From: Mycobacterium sp. IS-1496
Lineage (GTDB): Bacteria; Actinomycetota; Actinomycetes; Mycobacteriales; Mycobacteriaceae
Reading direction: 5' to 3'
Length of the DNA stretch: 32,000 bases
Assembly (NCBI RefSeq): GCF_001499995.1
Contig: NZ_LQIU01000035.1
Location: 10,432-42,431 of the forward strand
Shown: one piece after another, positions 31,040 to 32,000 of the stretch
How the letters are laid out: every line of letters starts with the position of its first letter
Position numbering within the stretch: position 1 is the first letter of the stretch
Made by a program: the position numbers and the translations under genes
Notes under the pieces: model-generated
What the model saw: only the letters and a program-made list of their open reading frames with translations
Databases searched by the model: none
Told to the model about the DNA's origin: nothing

Positions 31040-31351
31040 GTGAGCGGTGATGTGCTGCAGGTGGATCCCTCCGCCCTGACCGGTGCCGCGGCGGCGTTCG
31101 GGCAGGCCGCGGCCGGGGTCGCCGGCCTGCAGGCCGACGCGCCACTGGGCGAGGCGGCGAGCGCGGTCGCAGTGCTGCAGACCGCGTCGGCCTGCCGGCG
31201 GGCGCAGTCCGACATCGGCGCGCTCACGGCGGCGGCGGCCGCCGCGGCGGAGGAGTACGGCCGCACCCTGCGCAGCGCCGCCGCGCGCTACGAGGCAGGG
31301 GACCGTGCCGGGCGCGACGCCATCGCGAAGGTCGCGCTACCCGGCGGGTGA
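31040..31351 (+). CDS. Small (103 aa) Ala-rich T7SS substrate-like protein resembling only the N-terminal domain of EspJ (EspC/EspJ-type helical hairpin)
   Basis: GTG 31040 with GAGAGGGGGA upstream; the ORF-track start 30746 lies inside eccD. The sequence VSGDVLQVDPSALTGAAAAFGQAAAGVAGL resembles the EspJ N-terminus (MAEPLAVDPTGLSAAAAKLAGL). A C-terminal RYEAGD gives a YxxxD motif. The position after eccD matches espJ. Confidence 0.6.
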   Translation: MSGDVLQVDPSALTGAAAAFGQAAAGVAGLQADAPLGEAASAVAVLQTASACRRAQSDIGALTAAAAAAAEEYGRTLRSAAARYEAGDRAGRDAIAKVALPGG

Positions 31352-31356
31352 CGCGT

Positions 31357-31689
31357 TCAGGTCTTCCACGACTCGGTCAGCTCGGCGACCCGGGCGTCGA
31401 TCCGCTCCCGGTCCGCGTCGATCGCGGCGGCCGCCGCCTCGGCGGCATTCTGCAGCGCCTCGTTCAACCGGTGCTCGACGATGTGCACCCCCTGGCGCAG
31501 CAGCCCTTCCTCGAGGTGCACGTTGGTCAGCTGCTGATGTCCGTCGAGCGTCACCTCGACGGTCTCGGTCTCGTCGGACGCGGTGAACGTCTGATGCTTC
31601 ATCTTGTGCAGCTGCTCGTCCATGATCGACTGCAACTGCTGCGCCTGGGCCAGGACCGCCGCCACCTGCGGGTGCATCTCGCCGGTCAC
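31357..31689 (-). CDS. espL: ESX-1 secretion-associated protein EspL (YbaB/EbfC-like fold)
   Basis: The sequence HPQVAAVLAQAQQLQSIMDEQLHKMKHQTFTASDETETVEVTLDGHQQLTNVHLEEGLL...LNEALQNA parallels M. tuberculosis EspL (DPHVARALTLAARFQSALDGTLNQMNNGSFRATDEAETVEVTINGHQWLTGLRIEDGLL...VNEALHNA). Confidence 0.85.
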   Translation of the reverse strand: MTGEMHPQVAAVLAQAQQLQSIMDEQLHKMKHQTFTASDETETVEVTLDGHQQLTNVHLEEGLLRQGVHIVEHRLNEALQNAAEAAAAAIDADRERIDARVAELTESWKT

Positions 31690-32000
31690 TGCGGGTCCTT
31701 CCGATCCCTCGGCGGCTTGGGCTGGTAGCCGATGACGGATTCGGTGAACGGACGATCCTCGACGTAGAGGTCCTCGTCGGGCGCCAGGCCGGGTGTGCGC
31801 TTCCTCTCACCGCCGCCCTGACCGCGGCCGACCCCGTGGCCGCCCATCGGCATCCCGCCCATCCCGCCCATCGCTCCCATGGCACCGGCCGGCCCGGCCG
31901 CGGCGGCCGCACCTCGGCCCGCGCCGGCCGGACCGGGTGCGACGGTCTCCGCGCCGACGGCGGGCTGCAGCGGGGAGGGCGGGACTCCGCCGCCGCCTGC
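31686..32000 (-). CDS. espB: EspB, C-terminal 104 codons (5' part lies beyond the right edge)
   Basis: I checked that the frame stays open to the window edge, upstream of the ORF-track Met at 31880. The translation ...GGGGVPPSPLQPAVGAETVAPGPAGAG...MGGMGGMPMGGHGVGRGQGGGERKRTPGLAPDEDLYVEDRPFTESVIGYQPKPPRDRKDPQ parallels the EspB C-terminus as I recall it (...GGGGVPSAPLGSAIGGAESVRPAGAG...GMGMPMGAAHQGQGGAKSKGSQQEDEALYTEDRAWTEAVIGNRRRQDSKESK). It overlaps the espL start by 4 nt. Confidence 0.75.
   Translation of the reverse strand, partial: AGGGGVPPSPLQPAVGAETVAPGPAGAGRGAAAAAGPAGAMGAMGGMGGMPMGGHGVGRGQGGGERKRTPGLAPDEDLYVEDRPFTESVIGYQPKPPRDRKDPQ

Noticed and set aside
16673-31145. Antisense ORFs across the ESX-1 core (16673-17938, 17928-18734, 18801-20780, 21197-23242, 26172-27464, 26363-27661, 27685-29520, 29328-31145)
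   Set aside because: All lie opposite genes whose products align almost residue for residue with known ESX-1 proteins. Their translations are low-complexity Arg/Gly/Pro/His strings.
1-32000. Search for tRNA/rRNA genes, IS elements with terminal inverted repeats or transposase, integrase/att sites, toxin-antitoxin pairs and CRISPR arrays
   Set aside because: No ORF shows transposase, integrase or toxin motifs. No cloverleaf-like or rRNA-like conserved stretches were noticed, and no spacer-repeat architecture is present. This was done by eye only, and a tRNAscan/Infernal run would be decisive.

Overview
Very high-G+C actinobacterial chromosome segment (G+C judged by eye, not computed). Protein sequences place it in a mycobacterium. 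Positions ~11.3-32 kb hold a nearly complete ESX-1-type type VII secretion locus in the same order as M. tuberculosis Rv3862c-Rv3881c: whiB6(-), espG, espH, eccA, eccB, eccCa, eccCb, PE35-like, PPE68-like, esxB, esxA, espI, eccD, a minimal espJ-like gene, espL(-), and the 3' end of espB(-) running off the right edge. I identified these by comparing the translations with the M. tuberculosis proteins as I remember them. eccE and mycP are not in the window. The locus departs from the M. tuberculosis layout in three ways. No espE/espF lie between whiB6 and espG; four other genes sit there instead: an HTH protein, a proline-rich membrane protein, an MPT63-domain secreted protein with a tandem-repeat tail, and a second EspI-like ParA/MinD ATPase. 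EspJ is reduced to 103 aa. EspK is absent. The left third of the window carries modA plus a TOBE regulator, a pair of F420-type enzymes, a thioesterase/GNAT/EVE operon and a small DivIVA-domain gene. The most unusual element is at 1.1-8.0 kb: a translationally coupled three-gene operon followed by an FHA + double-HTH regulator. The three genes encode a cytoplasmic Fn3-like repeat protein, an 830-aa GAP1-like protein and a zinc-ribbon P-loop GTPase. The regulator has an FHA-less paralogue placed divergently from whiB6. I read the trio as an uncharacterised GTPase-centred signalling or conflict module that may be functionally tied to ESX-1. I saw no rRNA, tRNA, CRISPR array or mobile element. 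The many long Arg/Gly/Pro-rich ORFs in the six-frame track are high-GC shadow frames.
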